DNA of 64,000 nucleotides from contig NC_135666.1 of NCBI RefSeq assembly GCF_964188315.1, forward strand, positions 25,544,001 to 25,608,000. The letters run 5' to 3'. Below are positions 24,110 to 35,546 of this stretch, piece by piece. How positions within the stretch are numbered: the stretch's first letter is position 1; each line of letters begins with the position of its first letter. The position numbers were made by a program, and so were the translations under genes. Below the pieces are notes generated by a model. That model did no database searches, had not been told where the DNA came from, and saw nothing but the letters and a program-made list of their open reading frames with translations. This stretch comes from Podarcis muralis (taxonomy: Eukaryota).

Positions 24110-24640
24110 CAATCAATATCAATCAACCTCTTTATTATGGTCAATGGTCAGTATTAGAAAAAAGAAACTTCGTAAAATACGGTATATAAAATAAAGTATT
24201 AGTATTAGAAAAAAGAAACTTCATAAAATATATAAAATAAATCCAAGCAAAACAAAATAGAGAGCCATAGCGATAAAATTACTAATAACTGTATTGTACT
24301 ATAAAATGCCAGGCACAGAATAGAAAGCAAAATTACAAATATGCTAAAATAAGTCCTTGGAGAGTTTTATATTCAGCAGCACAATATTTAGCCTTCCTGG
24401 AAGAGGTAGATGCATTCTGGTCTTAAAGAAGTAAAATGCGGTAAATAATTCTGAATCCGAGGATTGCTGTGATGATCTACATCTGAAGCATCATCTATAT
24501 TGGAGGTGTAGCTTAGGTGCTGGCATACCTGGATTGGAAACTGATTAGGATGTAGGCCTCTATATTGTTGGCACTGTTTATTGGGAGGTTAATTCAAACT
24601 GTGTCAGTACAGTGGCATCACAAATGCAGAGGATAGGAAT
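24110..24640 (-). mobile_element. Degenerate LINE 3' end (RTE-X/L2-like) starting just after a CUBN donor site
   Basis: tcaa-repeat tail plus acctctttatt; internal duplicated agtattagaaaaaagaaacttc. Family assignment is tentative. Confidence 0.35.
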
Positions 24641-25345
24641 ACTGTAAACGACCTCCCTTTCTCCACAGAAGCTCCATTTGTGTCGGTGTACTGGGATACT
24701 AACCAAATCTGATAGGCTTGATACACTGATGCAAACTGATGGACCCATATCCCAGGGTATGCATGGGGTGGAGATATAAGTTCAGTTGTAGCTACGCCAC
24801 ATCACATTGCAAGTGGAGGCTCACAAGAGTAAATCCTCTTTTATAAAAAATATTATTTACACACAGACAACTAAATGTCTAAAGGAGAACAGTTCCGGTT
24901 TTGCACACTTTCTCATTTGCTTGTTGTCTATATGCAGGAATTATCTTATTTGACTGTAGAGGAATATACAGACACATGAGACCCCACCTGAGGATTGAAG
25001 TGGGAACTAGGATCTTAGATGTATTGGAATGAGAAACATGACACAATTGTCTTGGTTCTATTTTTAAAAAAATACTAGCAATAATCGTTAGCTGCTTGTA
25101 AATCAACTTAAGCATTCATTTGGATGGGTAGAGGATAAATAATAAAACTAAACTGACATATTTTAATTTTTTTTTTTACTTTAATACCTTTCCAGAACAT
25201 GCACTGAGACACTTTATAGGCTGCAAAAAGTGGGAAGTTTTTACATGTCCTTACCATTCTGTCCTTATCCCCAGAAATCACATGGAGATAATTGATTTTG
25301 AACTTTTTCAATGGCAGCAGACTGTGTTTCTTTGTTTACATGCAG

Positions 25346-25495
25346 GGTGTGGAGCGAACTTCACTGCCCCATCAGGTCGAATTGCCTCTCCTAACTTTCC
25401 CCATCAATACGACAACAACATGAATTGCAGTTATATCATAGAAGTGGAACCACAGTCCATTGTCATCCTACGTTTCCAAACGTTTGGTTTGCAAT
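25346..25495 (+). CDS. CUBN: CUBN exon (~ex56), CUB22 N-half, 150 nt
   Basis: atgcag|GG CGANFTAPSGRIASPNFPHQYDNNMNCSY...FGLQ T|gtaagt. Confidence 0.95.
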
Positions 25496-25749
25496 GTAAG
25501 TGACAGAAATGTTAATCCTTTCACCTCAGTATTTACCAAATTGTGAAAACGTTCCCTCTGGAAGAATGAATGTGTCTAAAGGCATATTCTGAGCAGGTAT
25601 CAGCTCCTGGAAATCTTGGGCACTTGCTGCAGTGCTTTCCCAGCAGCACAGCACAGCCCACAGCCCAGATGTCTGTCCTTGGCCCTCACATTGAGTAGGC
25701 AGATCTGGAGTTGCCACACTGATGTATCAGACTTCCCTACTCACATATA

Positions 25750-26007
25750 CAGTATTTTTTGCTCTATAAGACTCACTTTTTCCCTCCTAAAAAGTAAGGG
25801 GAAATGTGTGACCGTCTTATGGAGTGAATGCAGGCTGCGCAGCTATCCCAGAAGCCAGAACAGCAAGAGGGATTGCTGCTTTCACTGTGCAGCGATCCCT
25901 CTTGTTGTTCTGGCTTCTGAGATTCAGATTATTTTTTTCTTGTTTTCCTCCTCCAAAAACTAGGTGCGTCTTATGGTCTGGTGCGTCTTATAGAGCAAAA
26001 AATACGG
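25750..26007. mobile_element. Tc1/mariner (Tigger-like) MITE with an internal hairpin
   Basis: TIR cagtattttttgctctataagac / gtcttatagagcaaaaaatacgg; TA TSDs; internal IR cagaagccagaacagcaagagggattgctgc / gcagcgatccctcttgttgttctggcttctg. Confidence 0.88.
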
Positions 26008-26633
26008 TACATTGTTTAAGGCAGTGTGGAAAATGAAAACTGGGGTGCAATTCTAGATGAAAAGGATTTCAGAAGCATCCATAAAGTAAGAAAAAATTCA
26101 GCAGCAAGTAGTTACTTCCGTAAAGCATTAGAGGAACAGTAAAGGAGTCACTTAGAAGATTAGTGTTCCTATTTATCTTTTATGAGGCCTCCAAGACCAG
26201 CTGTCTCTAAACAAACGGTTTCGTTCATTATCTGTGTTTGCAAGGATGTCTTATAGCTCAAAAGTGTTCTCGGCTCACTCTAACCAGAAGGATACAGAAC
26301 ACACTGTATCACAAATATTTAGTTGAAATTGAGCACACAAGGAGTGGGAGATGATTCCTAAGAGATGATTCACTCATCTTGGCATGTGCTTGTATTTTGG
26401 AAATCAGAAACAACTGTACCATTGTGCTGGCTTGTGCCACTCCAGATTATTACTTTCTGGCTAGCTTCTTGTTTACTACAAAACAAGAAACAAAACTGCA
26501 GTCCTGCAGCAGGCAAGAATGTTATAGCATGATCCACTTTAGGGTTTCTTCATATATAAAAAATAACCTGTAACCAAGAAGTTTGAAAAAGAGATCAGTT
26601 TTGAGAGAAAGGAAATTTGAAATATATATGGGA

Positions 26634-26669
<36 letters not shown>

Positions 26670-26688
26670 GTATATATATGTATATATA
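26634..26688 (+). repeat. Compound (CT)n(AT)n microsatellite
   Basis: Read directly. Confidence 0.9.
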
Positions 26689-26970
26689 ATTATCCTCTGA
26701 TACCGTGTTTGGTTTTCTCTTCCTTAAATTAAATGAAGGAGAAGATCTACCTGTCTTTGCCTCTGACCCCATTCACTTTTTCCTCTGCCTCCACCCACCA
26801 TTGGCAGGTGCCCCCCTGAAGGCTGAAAAAGTTTCCCGCTCCTGCTCCACAAGTAGTGTCCTAGTTTGGTTTCTATGATGGTGTAAATTGGCTTTAAAAA
26901 AGTACTTAGAGGATGGGTAAACAGTTCCACAAAATATTGATGAACCGTTCTAAATTTTTATGCCGTGCAG

Positions 26971-27168
26971 CTCATAATGCCTTAGGAGATTGTGCTTATG
27001 ATGGAGTGAAGGTCTTCAGAGGGGACAGAGCTGGCCCTTACCCCGAAGAAACGTTTTGCGGCAATGAAATCCCTCATCCTATCAGCATCGTTGGATCCAC
27101 ACTGTTGAATTTCTACACAGATTCTCATACTGTTGGCGTCGGATTTCTGGCCACTTACGCAGCAATCC
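26971..27168 (+). CDS. CUBN: CUBN exon (~ex57), CUB22 C-half, 198 nt
   Basis: gtgcag|CT HNALGDCAYDGVKVFRG...FCGNEIP...LLNFYTD...GFLATYAAI C|gtgagt. Confidence 0.93.
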
Positions 27169-27632
27169 GTGAGTAGCAACACATTGTTGGTGGAAACAAC
27201 ATGTGTTTCTATGCATCAGGCAACAAAATGATGCCCTGGAAGAAGACCTAACTATCCCTTGACTTTCTGGGTTCCTCCAAATTTGTAAAAACAAACAAGA
27301 CACCAACCAATGAAAAACCTCACCCATTTTCGGAACCACTGCTTAGAGAACAATTTTAACTAGGGCCAAGGGGTAATCCGTGTAACCTGTATGGGCATCT
27401 GTAGTCTAAGGATGCTATCCAACTAATGCATCCCATCAGACAGTGCAAAGATATGCACTTGCCCAATAGAACTTCTCCCTTTTCCTCCTTGTATGAATGC
27501 CCTGTGGTCTTCCTGCAAATCTGCTCCATAAGGCTGGGGGAACCCCTGGAACAGATTTAGGGGGCATGTGAGAGAAGAGAGGGAGAAGTTCCATTGCTCA
27601 AACAGAAATCCTTGCACTGATGGAGCCCATTA

Positions 27633-29021
27633 CAGTGGTACCCCGCAAGACGAATGCCTCGCAAGACGGAAAACCCGCAAGACGAAAGGGTTTTCTGTTT
27701 CGGAGGCGCTTCGCAAGACGAATTTCCCTATGGGCTTGCTTCGCAAGACGAAAGCCCATAGGGAAATCTCCGGGGACCTGTTTTAAATTGCTGGCGGTCG
27801 GGAGCAAAGACTTTCGCCCACAGCCGGCCTTCAGAAGAGGTCCTGGACCTCTTCTGAAGGCCGGCGGGGGGCAAAAGTCTTTGCTCCCCCCCGCCTGCCT
27901 TCCCGGGACAGCGGAGACTTCTCCGCTGCCCCGGGCGATCTTAAAATGCTGGCGGGCGGGAGCGAAGCGTTCGCTGCCGACCCCCAGCATTTTAAAATCT
28001 CCCCGGGACAGCAGAGAAGTCCCGCCCTGCTCCAGATGGCCGCGCAAAGCTGCCTGCAGTCGCGGGACTGCAGGCAGATCTGCGCCACCATCCCGAGCGG
28101 GGCGCTAAGTCCCGCCCCGCTCGGGATGGCGGCGCAGAGCTGTCTGCTGTCCCGGGATCAGCGCAGCTCTGCGCGGCCATCGGGAGCCGGGGGCGAAGCC
28201 CGCCCCGCTCCAGATGGCCGCGCAAAGCTGCCTGCAGTCGCGGGATTGCAGGCAGATCTGCGCCACCATCCCGAGCGGGGTGCTAAGTCCCACCCCGCTC
28301 GGGATGGCGGCGCAGAGCTGTCTGCCGTCCCGGGATCAGCGCAGCTCTGCGCGGCCATCGGGAGCCGGGGGCGAAGCCCGCCCCGCTCCAGATGGCCGCG
28401 CAAAGCTGCCTGCAGTCGCGGGATTGCAGGCAGATCTGCGCCACCATCCCGAGCGGGGTGCTAAGTCCCGCCCCGCTCTGGATGCCAGCGCAGAGCTGTC
28501 TGCCGTCCCGGGACTGCAGGCAGATCTGTGCCGCCATCCTGAGCGGGGCGCTAAGTCCCGCCCCGCTCTGGATGCCAGCGCAGAGCTGTCTGCCGTCCCG
28601 GGACTGCAGGCAGATCTGTGCCGCCATCCCGAGCGGGGCGCTAAGTCCCGCCCCGCTCTGGATGGCGGTGCAGATCTGCCTGCCGTCCCGGGATCAGCGA
28701 AGCGTTCGCTGCCGACCCCCAGCATTTTAAAATCTCCCCGTGTCCCGGTGAGATTTTAAAATGCTGGGGGTCGGCAGCGAAGCCCTTGTTCCCCCCCAGC
28801 CCCCCCCCCAGCCTTCAGAAGCCCTTGTCCCCCCCCCCCCAGCCTTCAGAAGAGGTCGGGGGAGAGACTGTCCCTGGACCTGGTCTGAAGGCGGTTTCCC
28901 TTGGAACGCATTAATTGATTTTCAATGCATTCCTATGGGAAACCGTGCATCGCAAGACGAAAAACTCGCAAGAAGAAAAAACTTGCGGAACGAATTAATT
29001 TCGTCTTGCGAGGCACCACTG
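27633..29021. mobile_element. Non-autonomous Tc1/mariner-type DNA transposon (1389 bp) with an internal palindromic array
   Basis: TIR cagtggtaccccgcaagacgaa vs reverse complement cagtggtgcctcgcaagacgaa (20/22); TA TSDs at 27631-27632 and 29022-29023; subterminal cgcaagacg repeats; no transposase ORF. Confidence 0.9.
28021..28697. repeat. GC/CpG-rich tandem array of 88/90-bp self-complementary units
   Basis: Unit starts at 28021, 28111, 28199, 28289, 28377, 28467, 28557 and 28647 (spacing 90, 88, 90, 88, 90, 90, 90). Confidence 0.95.
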
Positions 29022-31437
29022 TAATTGGATATCACCCTATGAACGCTTGTTGCGAAGCAACCCCTTCTGTGATCACCATGGCTTAGCTACAGGTAAGTAA
29101 GCTTAGGATTTCATCCTTGGTTTCAGAGTTAACTGTGACATATATCACACACAAAGCACTCCTCCTGTTTTCAGAAATAATTGTCATAAAACGCTCAGGA
29201 TTAGCCCAATGCCAAATAAACAGTTCAAGGCCATCTCTTTTCATTGTGTATATCCCACTGACAATGAAGCAAAATGACCCTGAATGCAATGCCGTGTTTT
29301 TAACATTTGCATGATTCAAGGTTCAGTGCCAGAATGGGATTCTAGCAAGCAGTTTGCAAAACAATTTCCCCTCTGCTTCTCCTTTGCCACTGAAATGGTG
29401 GAATCCGGAATGGAGAAATCCATGTGCACACATTCAGCATATATCTGTGGTCATTTTTTTAGTGAGTTCTTGTAATTTTTTATCATCATCGTCACATTTC
29501 CAGGGTATACATTTTTAGTAAATTTTATGCATCCTATAAAGCATTATTCTTGTTTGCTCTTTTTAAAAACTTCCTGTACATTAATCTCATTTGGGTCTCA
29601 TAAGAAAGCCCCTATGAACACTTTAGTTTTATTACATATGAATTTACTTTGCAAAGATCACATAGTGCAATATTCTCAAAGACAAACTATCCAATGCCCC
29701 TGGGATTGAGCTAATGGAAGTGTCTAGTCCAGTATAAAATATTCTAGGCAGGGAAGAAACTAAACCCTCATCCTTTGGATGTGAGAGTGGCTTCTGAGTC
29801 AAAGAAAATAGCTAGGCCCCAGCTACCTCACAGACCTTGACAATGGGGGAAAAATTTTTGTTTAAGACTTAAACAAACGTTGGGCTGATAACAAGTATGT
29901 GAACCTCATTTTTTTGTACCAGGTAGTATGTTCCGCTCCTTGCCATAGCCTTGAGAAATAGCTATTTGCCTCAAAGCATGAAATCAAGTATCATTGTTTG
30001 AAATGAGTCATCCTGAGAGCTACTGGCTAGACGGAATACCATTGAAGGATGACGATGTTAATTTACTTGTGAAAGAGGCCTTCATAACTCACTCAAATTG
30101 GCTGCTGCCACCTGACCTTTGACTCCTGACATTTGTGAAGTATGACTAGTAGCTTTTTACTGGCTTTTTGGCCCATGCAAAACACATTCTAGCCATGAAC
30201 ATTCTGTTTCCTTCTAGCTTCATCCTTCACAAAAGACAAAAGGGGGAAGAAGAGAGAAGCTTTTCTCTCCTTGCGTACCATAAGCACTGCTTTTTTAAAA
30301 CCTCTTGTGCTTTTGTCTCTTATTTGTCAACAGTCCAAAGGGCAGCGCTCGATAGACGCCACCCTACCGTAGCTGAAAATGAGGAATGGGAGCCTGGGCA
30401 TTCATTGCCTGTTAAAGAATTTGCTTTGCAATGCTAGTGGTTTCTGCGATGACTAGTCCTTTAGAAACTTGGACAGCAGTGGGTTTGGGCGATTTGTCAA
30501 GAGAGAGCCCAGAGTGGTTGACTGCCAAATGGAAGACTATAAAACAGAGCACAATGGTGGTCACAGATGGTTTTGCAGAGAGCTGCGAACCAGAGGACAA
30601 AGACTGAGCCACCTCTCAGACTCCCAATGGCATCCATTATGGAGAATAAAAAAAAGAATGTACTGTGGCTTCTGCCGCTGCAAATTCTTCAGTAGATCTT
30701 AAAGCGGGCATTAACTTTCATCCTGAGGGAGCCATGCAGCAGTTACAAAGCCACTCAATCACACTCCACCTCCAAAAAGTTGGGATCTCCTACTGAATCC
30801 AACTGAAGGATTTAATGCATTGCAAAGCCTTTCCCATGCACCAGTGAAGTAATCAGGGACACAGGAAACAACCATCACTGTGGCTCAAATAATTAAAGAA
30901 ACCAACGGTCTCCTCACATATGAGCCTCTGTGGTCATCAGGAGATGGCCTCTTTTGAACTGGGGCAGCCTCTCTGTGGAACTCTGTCTCAGGAGATCCAG
31001 TGAAAGCATTTTGCCACCTACCCGATGGCATTGTTGTTTGGGCAGGCCTTCAACCTCCAGGCTAAGTGCTCACTTTCTGCTGGTTCTTTTTTTAAAAAAA
31101 TATATGTAACTTTTATGAATTGTTGTGTTTCATCTGCATCTTCTGTTGTACTTACCATTTTACTTTACTTTACCCATACTAGTATTTGTTGTATTAAATG
31201 GAGTACGCTGGTTTTTAACCATATAACAAATTATATATATACTAGAATGTATACCTCCATGTTGCCCTCCAGATATTGTTGGACTCCAACTCTGAAGGAG
31301 CAAATGAAAGGGATATTTGACCAGGTATCAACAAAATAGACCAGCGCTTACTCCATTTTAGTGAAACCCTAGACCCAAAGTATGTATGGCAAAGAGGTTC
31401 TTCAGCAGTAATGATAATCTTTTGCCTTTCACTGCAG

Positions 31438-31567
31438 CTTGTGGCGGCGTATTCAACAGCTCTCGGGGTACAGTCAGGAGCCCTACCCATTCATTTACTG
31501 AGTACCATCACAACATGAATTGTTCGTACTACATCACTGTCAGAAGCAACAAGATAGTGGCACTCAA
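31438..31567 (+). CDS. CUBN: CUBN exon (~ex58), CUB23 N-part, 130 nt
   Basis: ctgcag|CT CGGVFNSSRGTVRSP...HNMNCSYYITV...VAL AA|gtatgt; phase 2 matches the next exon. Confidence 0.93.
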
Positions 31568-31620
31568 GTATGTAAGCCAAGAGCACTTTTCAGTTTATGA
31601 TGAAAAAATCATGGTCTCTA

Positions 31621-31660
31621 GGTTTGGTTTGGTTTGGTTTGGTTTGGTTTGGTTTGGTTT
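31621..31660 (+). repeat. (GGTTT)8 microsatellite
   Basis: Read directly. Confidence 0.95.
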
Positions 31661-31734
31661 TAAACTGCTATAGTGACAGCAAGCATGGGAATTGTTAGTG
31701 CTGTGGGACCTAAAACTGTGCACACACTATATCT

Positions 31735-31860
31735 TTAAAGCATATTCAGAGTACATTCTTTCCCTCAAAGAATTCTGGGCACTGTAGTTCACCTCTCACA
31801 GAGCAACCCTTAACAAGCTACAGTTCCCAGAATTATTTGAGGATAGAAATGGGCTTTAAA
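31735..31860. mobile_element. Squamate hairpin MITE (tttaaagca...gctttaaa; actgtagtt/actacagtt core); second copy at ~46140-46270
   Basis: Inverted termini and inner arms visible in both copies. Confidence 0.5.
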
Positions 31861-32478
31861 GGTATGCAGCCAATCCTATGGAAGTTTACTTCCAAAATAG
31901 CTTAGCTGCACCCAGTGTGATTTGTTTCCAAGTATATGTAGGACTGCAATTTTATGCAACTTTATTTTTAAGTCAGTGCCATTGAGTTCAGTGGGACTTA
32001 TTTCTGAATAACCTTACATTGGATTAGGATGGCAGTTCTACCGTTAAGTGCTTTTTCTTCAGTCCAGAACCTTTCCCATTTAAAAAAAAAACACCCAAGA
32101 AAAGTCAGAATGCCACAGTGTTTGAATTACGATCTGATATTTAGTCACCCACTGGAAACATTTTTGTTTCACTAAACGTTTTTGAAGAGTAGATACGTTT
32201 CAATGTTCTTCATTTGTTTTGTGTTTTATGATACTTTAATCATATTTTTCTTGCATGCTGCCATGATTGTTTTTAATGAGCTGAAAGTATATAAATATTC
32301 CCGTAAAGAAATAAAATACTAGTCCATTGACTATGCTGGTTGGGGCTGATGAGAGGACGCCATGTTGGCCACACCAACGGAGACTGATATCTGTTGCCAC
32401 TATTATTTATCCCCAAATGCATTTTAAGAAAAGCAGGACTGAAACAACCCTACTTATTAGTAAAAATGCCCTTGACAG

Positions 32479-32696
32479 GTTCAACAGCTTCCACCTTGAA
32501 GCATCCTCATCTTGCCACAAGGATTCTGTTACTGTGTATGATGGCCTGAACATATACGCTCCCCTCCTGGGCACGTTCTGTGGTGCGGCCCTCCCACCTT
32601 CTATCAAGAGCTCCGCAAACAACTTGCTCCTGCTGTTCAGGACTGATTCCTCTGGAACAGCCAATGGATGGAGAGCATCGTTCAGAGAGACACTAG
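32479..32696 (+). CDS. CUBN: CUBN exon (~ex59), CUB23 C-part, 218 nt
   Basis: tgacag|G FNSFHLEASSSCHKDSVTVYDG...FRTDSSGTANGWRASFRETL G|gtaaaa. Confidence 0.95.
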
Positions 32697-33277
32697 GTAA
32701 AAGGAATGGCCAAAGGGAATTCTCCCAGCACCTTCAATGCAAGCCAGCTGCTATGAAATAGCATGGGTTATATATAGGAAATCTTTGCTACATTTTCTTT
32801 TCTTTAGGTGCGTCATTTGTGTAAACCTAGACTGGCATATCCGTGAATGCTTAGCACCTTAGTAGACCTGAAGTACCCTTTTTATACTCATAGTGAGGGT
32901 AAAGCATAAAGGTTTAATATTATTTAGTCATTCTGCCCAGCCTTACCTTCATGTGCAGCAGAATGAAGTGGTAGGATCCTGAGCTCTCAGCGTGAACTGC
33001 CCCACACTGGGGGCAGGGAAGCACCAGATGATTGTTTATGAATGTTTTCCTATGGGGGTAAATCACACACAAACACACACAAGAGTGGGTTGGGCCAGAA
33101 CATATGTGCATGTTTTTCTACCTTGCAGGGAAGCTTTTTGTTGCATGGAGAAGCACTCAGAGGTGGTACCCTCGACAGGAGTGGTCAAGCCCACTTGAGA
33201 AACTCAGCATGTGTCCACCTCATTTCAAGCTTCGTGCTATAAAAACATTATAATTGGTTATTCCTAATGTTAATTAA

Positions 33278-33627
33278 GGGATGCGGGTGGCGCTGTGGGT
33301 TAAACCACAAAGCCTAGGACTTGCCAATCAGAAGGTCGGCAGTTCAAATCCCCACGACGGGCTGAGCTCCCGTTGTTCGGTCCCTGCTCCTGCCAACCTA
33401 GCAGTTCGAAAGCACGTCAAAGTGCAAGTAGATAAATAGGTACCGCTCCGGCGGGAATGTAAACGGCGTTTCCATGCGCTGCTCTGGTTCGCCAGAAGCG
33501 GCTTAGTCATGCTGGCCACATGACCTGGAAGCTGTACGCCGGCTCACTTGGCCAATAAAGCAAGATGAGTGAAGCAACCCCAGAGTTGGCCACAACTGGA
33601 CCTAATGGTCAGGGGTCCCTTTACCTT
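33278..33627 (+). mobile_element. Sauria SINE, full length
   Basis: Head gggatgcgggtggcgctgtgggtt, tail ggggtccctttacctt; 11-bp TSD aatgttaatta (33266-33276, 33629-33639). Confidence 0.92.
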
Positions 33628-33907
33628 CAATGTTAATTATACAGACTTTAATTCAGCCTTCTTATGACAGTTGAATAGATCAGTGATAGGCTGAAAATAG
33701 CTACCTACCTGTTCTTCTTTTGGTAATTCATTGGGGTTTTGCAGGGTGGGGTGGGGTGGGTAGACGGGAGTAACTCCCTTAACTTTTTGTCACTTTGTCA
33801 TAAAGCATTTATGTCATAGCAGAAATATCCTTAACACTCAGCCATTGTACACATGCACACACCACAACCACAGCCGGCAGCTGTTTTTCATTTGATACCA
33901 TCTAAAA

Positions 33908-33984
33908 CAGTGGTTCTCAACCTGTGGGAATGATGGGAGTTGTAGTCCAACAACATCTGGGGACCCACAGGTTGAGAAACACTG
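33908..33984. mobile_element. Minimal hAT-type MITE (77 bp)
   Basis: TIR cagtggttctcaacctgtggg / cccacaggttgagaaacactg (20/21); perfect 8-bp TSD atctaaaa. Confidence 0.9.
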
Positions 33985-35043
33985 ATCTAAAAGGAATACA
34001 GCGATAAGGAGTATATCTGGAGTGCCACCTTCTCTATATTACAAGGTCATTGTGAAATTAAAGTGCTGCTTCCTCTTGGAGGAAGGTTGGATTCTGGATT
34101 TTCTCTCTCCCTCAAAGGTATGTTAAAGAACTCTGCTTAAATCTAGATCAGGCTTCACCAACCAGGTGCCCTCCAGATGCGTCAGACTACAGTGCCCATC
34201 AGCTCCAACCAGCAGAACTGCATTGACTGTGGCTGATGGGTGTGGCAGTCCTGAACATCAGCAGGGCACTTTGGTGATGAAGGCAGATCTAATTTCAAGT
34301 AAAGCCAGAAAGCTCATGGGAAATTAATCTTGTGAAAGGAGCTCCATCTCATCAGCCAGAACAGAAAGGCCAAGAGGTGTTGCATTAGTGCAGTATCTAC
34401 AGGGCAAATGTGAAACGCAATTCTTCATTAATGTTTAGCAAGTGTACACCACCCTGGCTGTGTTAGTGAAGTGAGATTGGCTAATGTGATTACTGTGTTC
34501 TGCTTAATGTTGTGGGTAGTCCTAATTAAATCTTGGGAGGAGGTGAACACAAATGGTAAACTCATTTGGAGCAATCTAAACATTCCTGATTTCCTTCCTT
34601 CAAAATCCTGCCCCTTTTCATCAATGGTTACTTATGCTTTTTGCACAGATGTCATCCAAAATAAGGTTATCTCTACTTCATCTTTTCTGGATTATTATTA
34701 TTATTATTGATGAGCATTTTGTTGACATGAAAAGAAGCTATAGGAATTAATTAGAAAAAAATGAGAAGAAACAGCATCATGCAATTTAACCAAAACAACT
34801 TCTTTTTATTAGGGATACTGCATCAGTAGGGTCTCATCAATACTGTCATTTAATGTGGATGGTAAGCTTCTATACCTCCATTTTTTATCCACCGTCGATA
34901 TGAATTCTCCTCCAGATCACTGCACTCCCATACTTTCCCCTCCTTCAATCCAGATTTTTTCTTACCAGGCATACACTGAGAAAGATAAGGTCTGTGAAAA
35001 TCCAAACCAAAGAAGGGGAAAGTGTGGGAAGGCAGTGGCTTGG

Positions 35044-35546
35044 TGTCAGGCTCCTGGGACTTGGCTTCCTCCCCCCCTTTGGCCGTAGATAAGCAGGACA
35101 AAGCAAAAGGAGTCCCTTACCATTTAAAGAGTCTTTAATGATCACAGCAAAAGAACAAAGCATCCATTCTTGGAAGGAAGGTGTTCCCAATAAAGGATTC
35201 CACCCACTTCCCCCCTAGTCACTTCCATCTTGCAACCTGATCTTGCAACCACCTTGTGTTTTGTGTTGCCACCTTATCTGCTCTACGTGACCTTGGACAG
35301 ATAGGCTGAATACTTTCCAGCAAGAGAGAGTCTGTTAGCCCTCTCTCTTCCTGTTCTAATTCGCTTTGCTGTTCACCCCCCAGTTCTTCCCAACTTTTGT
35401 CTTCAGAACTATGCCCCTCTTCAAACCACTGTTCCAAGTCTATACTGCTCCACTGCTCCTGGACAGTTTCAGGATCCTGGACAGGAGCAGGGGGAGGCTC
35501 CCACCATTCCTTCTCAGAGCTGTACTCCTCAGCCTGGTCTCTGACA
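35044..35546 (-). mobile_element. Solo LTR (503 bp)
   Basis: TGTCAG...CTGACA inverted termini; perfect 5-bp TSD cttgg (35039-35043, 35547-35551); ATTAAA on the minus strand near 35134-35139. Confidence 0.88.

Noticed and set aside
28021-28697. CRISPR-like regular repeat array
   Set aside because: There are no unique spacers, units are contiguous palindromes of 88/90 bp, no cas genes are present, and the context is a vertebrate intron inside transposon TIRs.
27598-28759. Long overlapping ORFs (up to 181 aa) on both strands
   Set aside because: They result from a GC-rich, stop-poor palindromic repeat. The peptides simply repeat with the unit period and show no domain.
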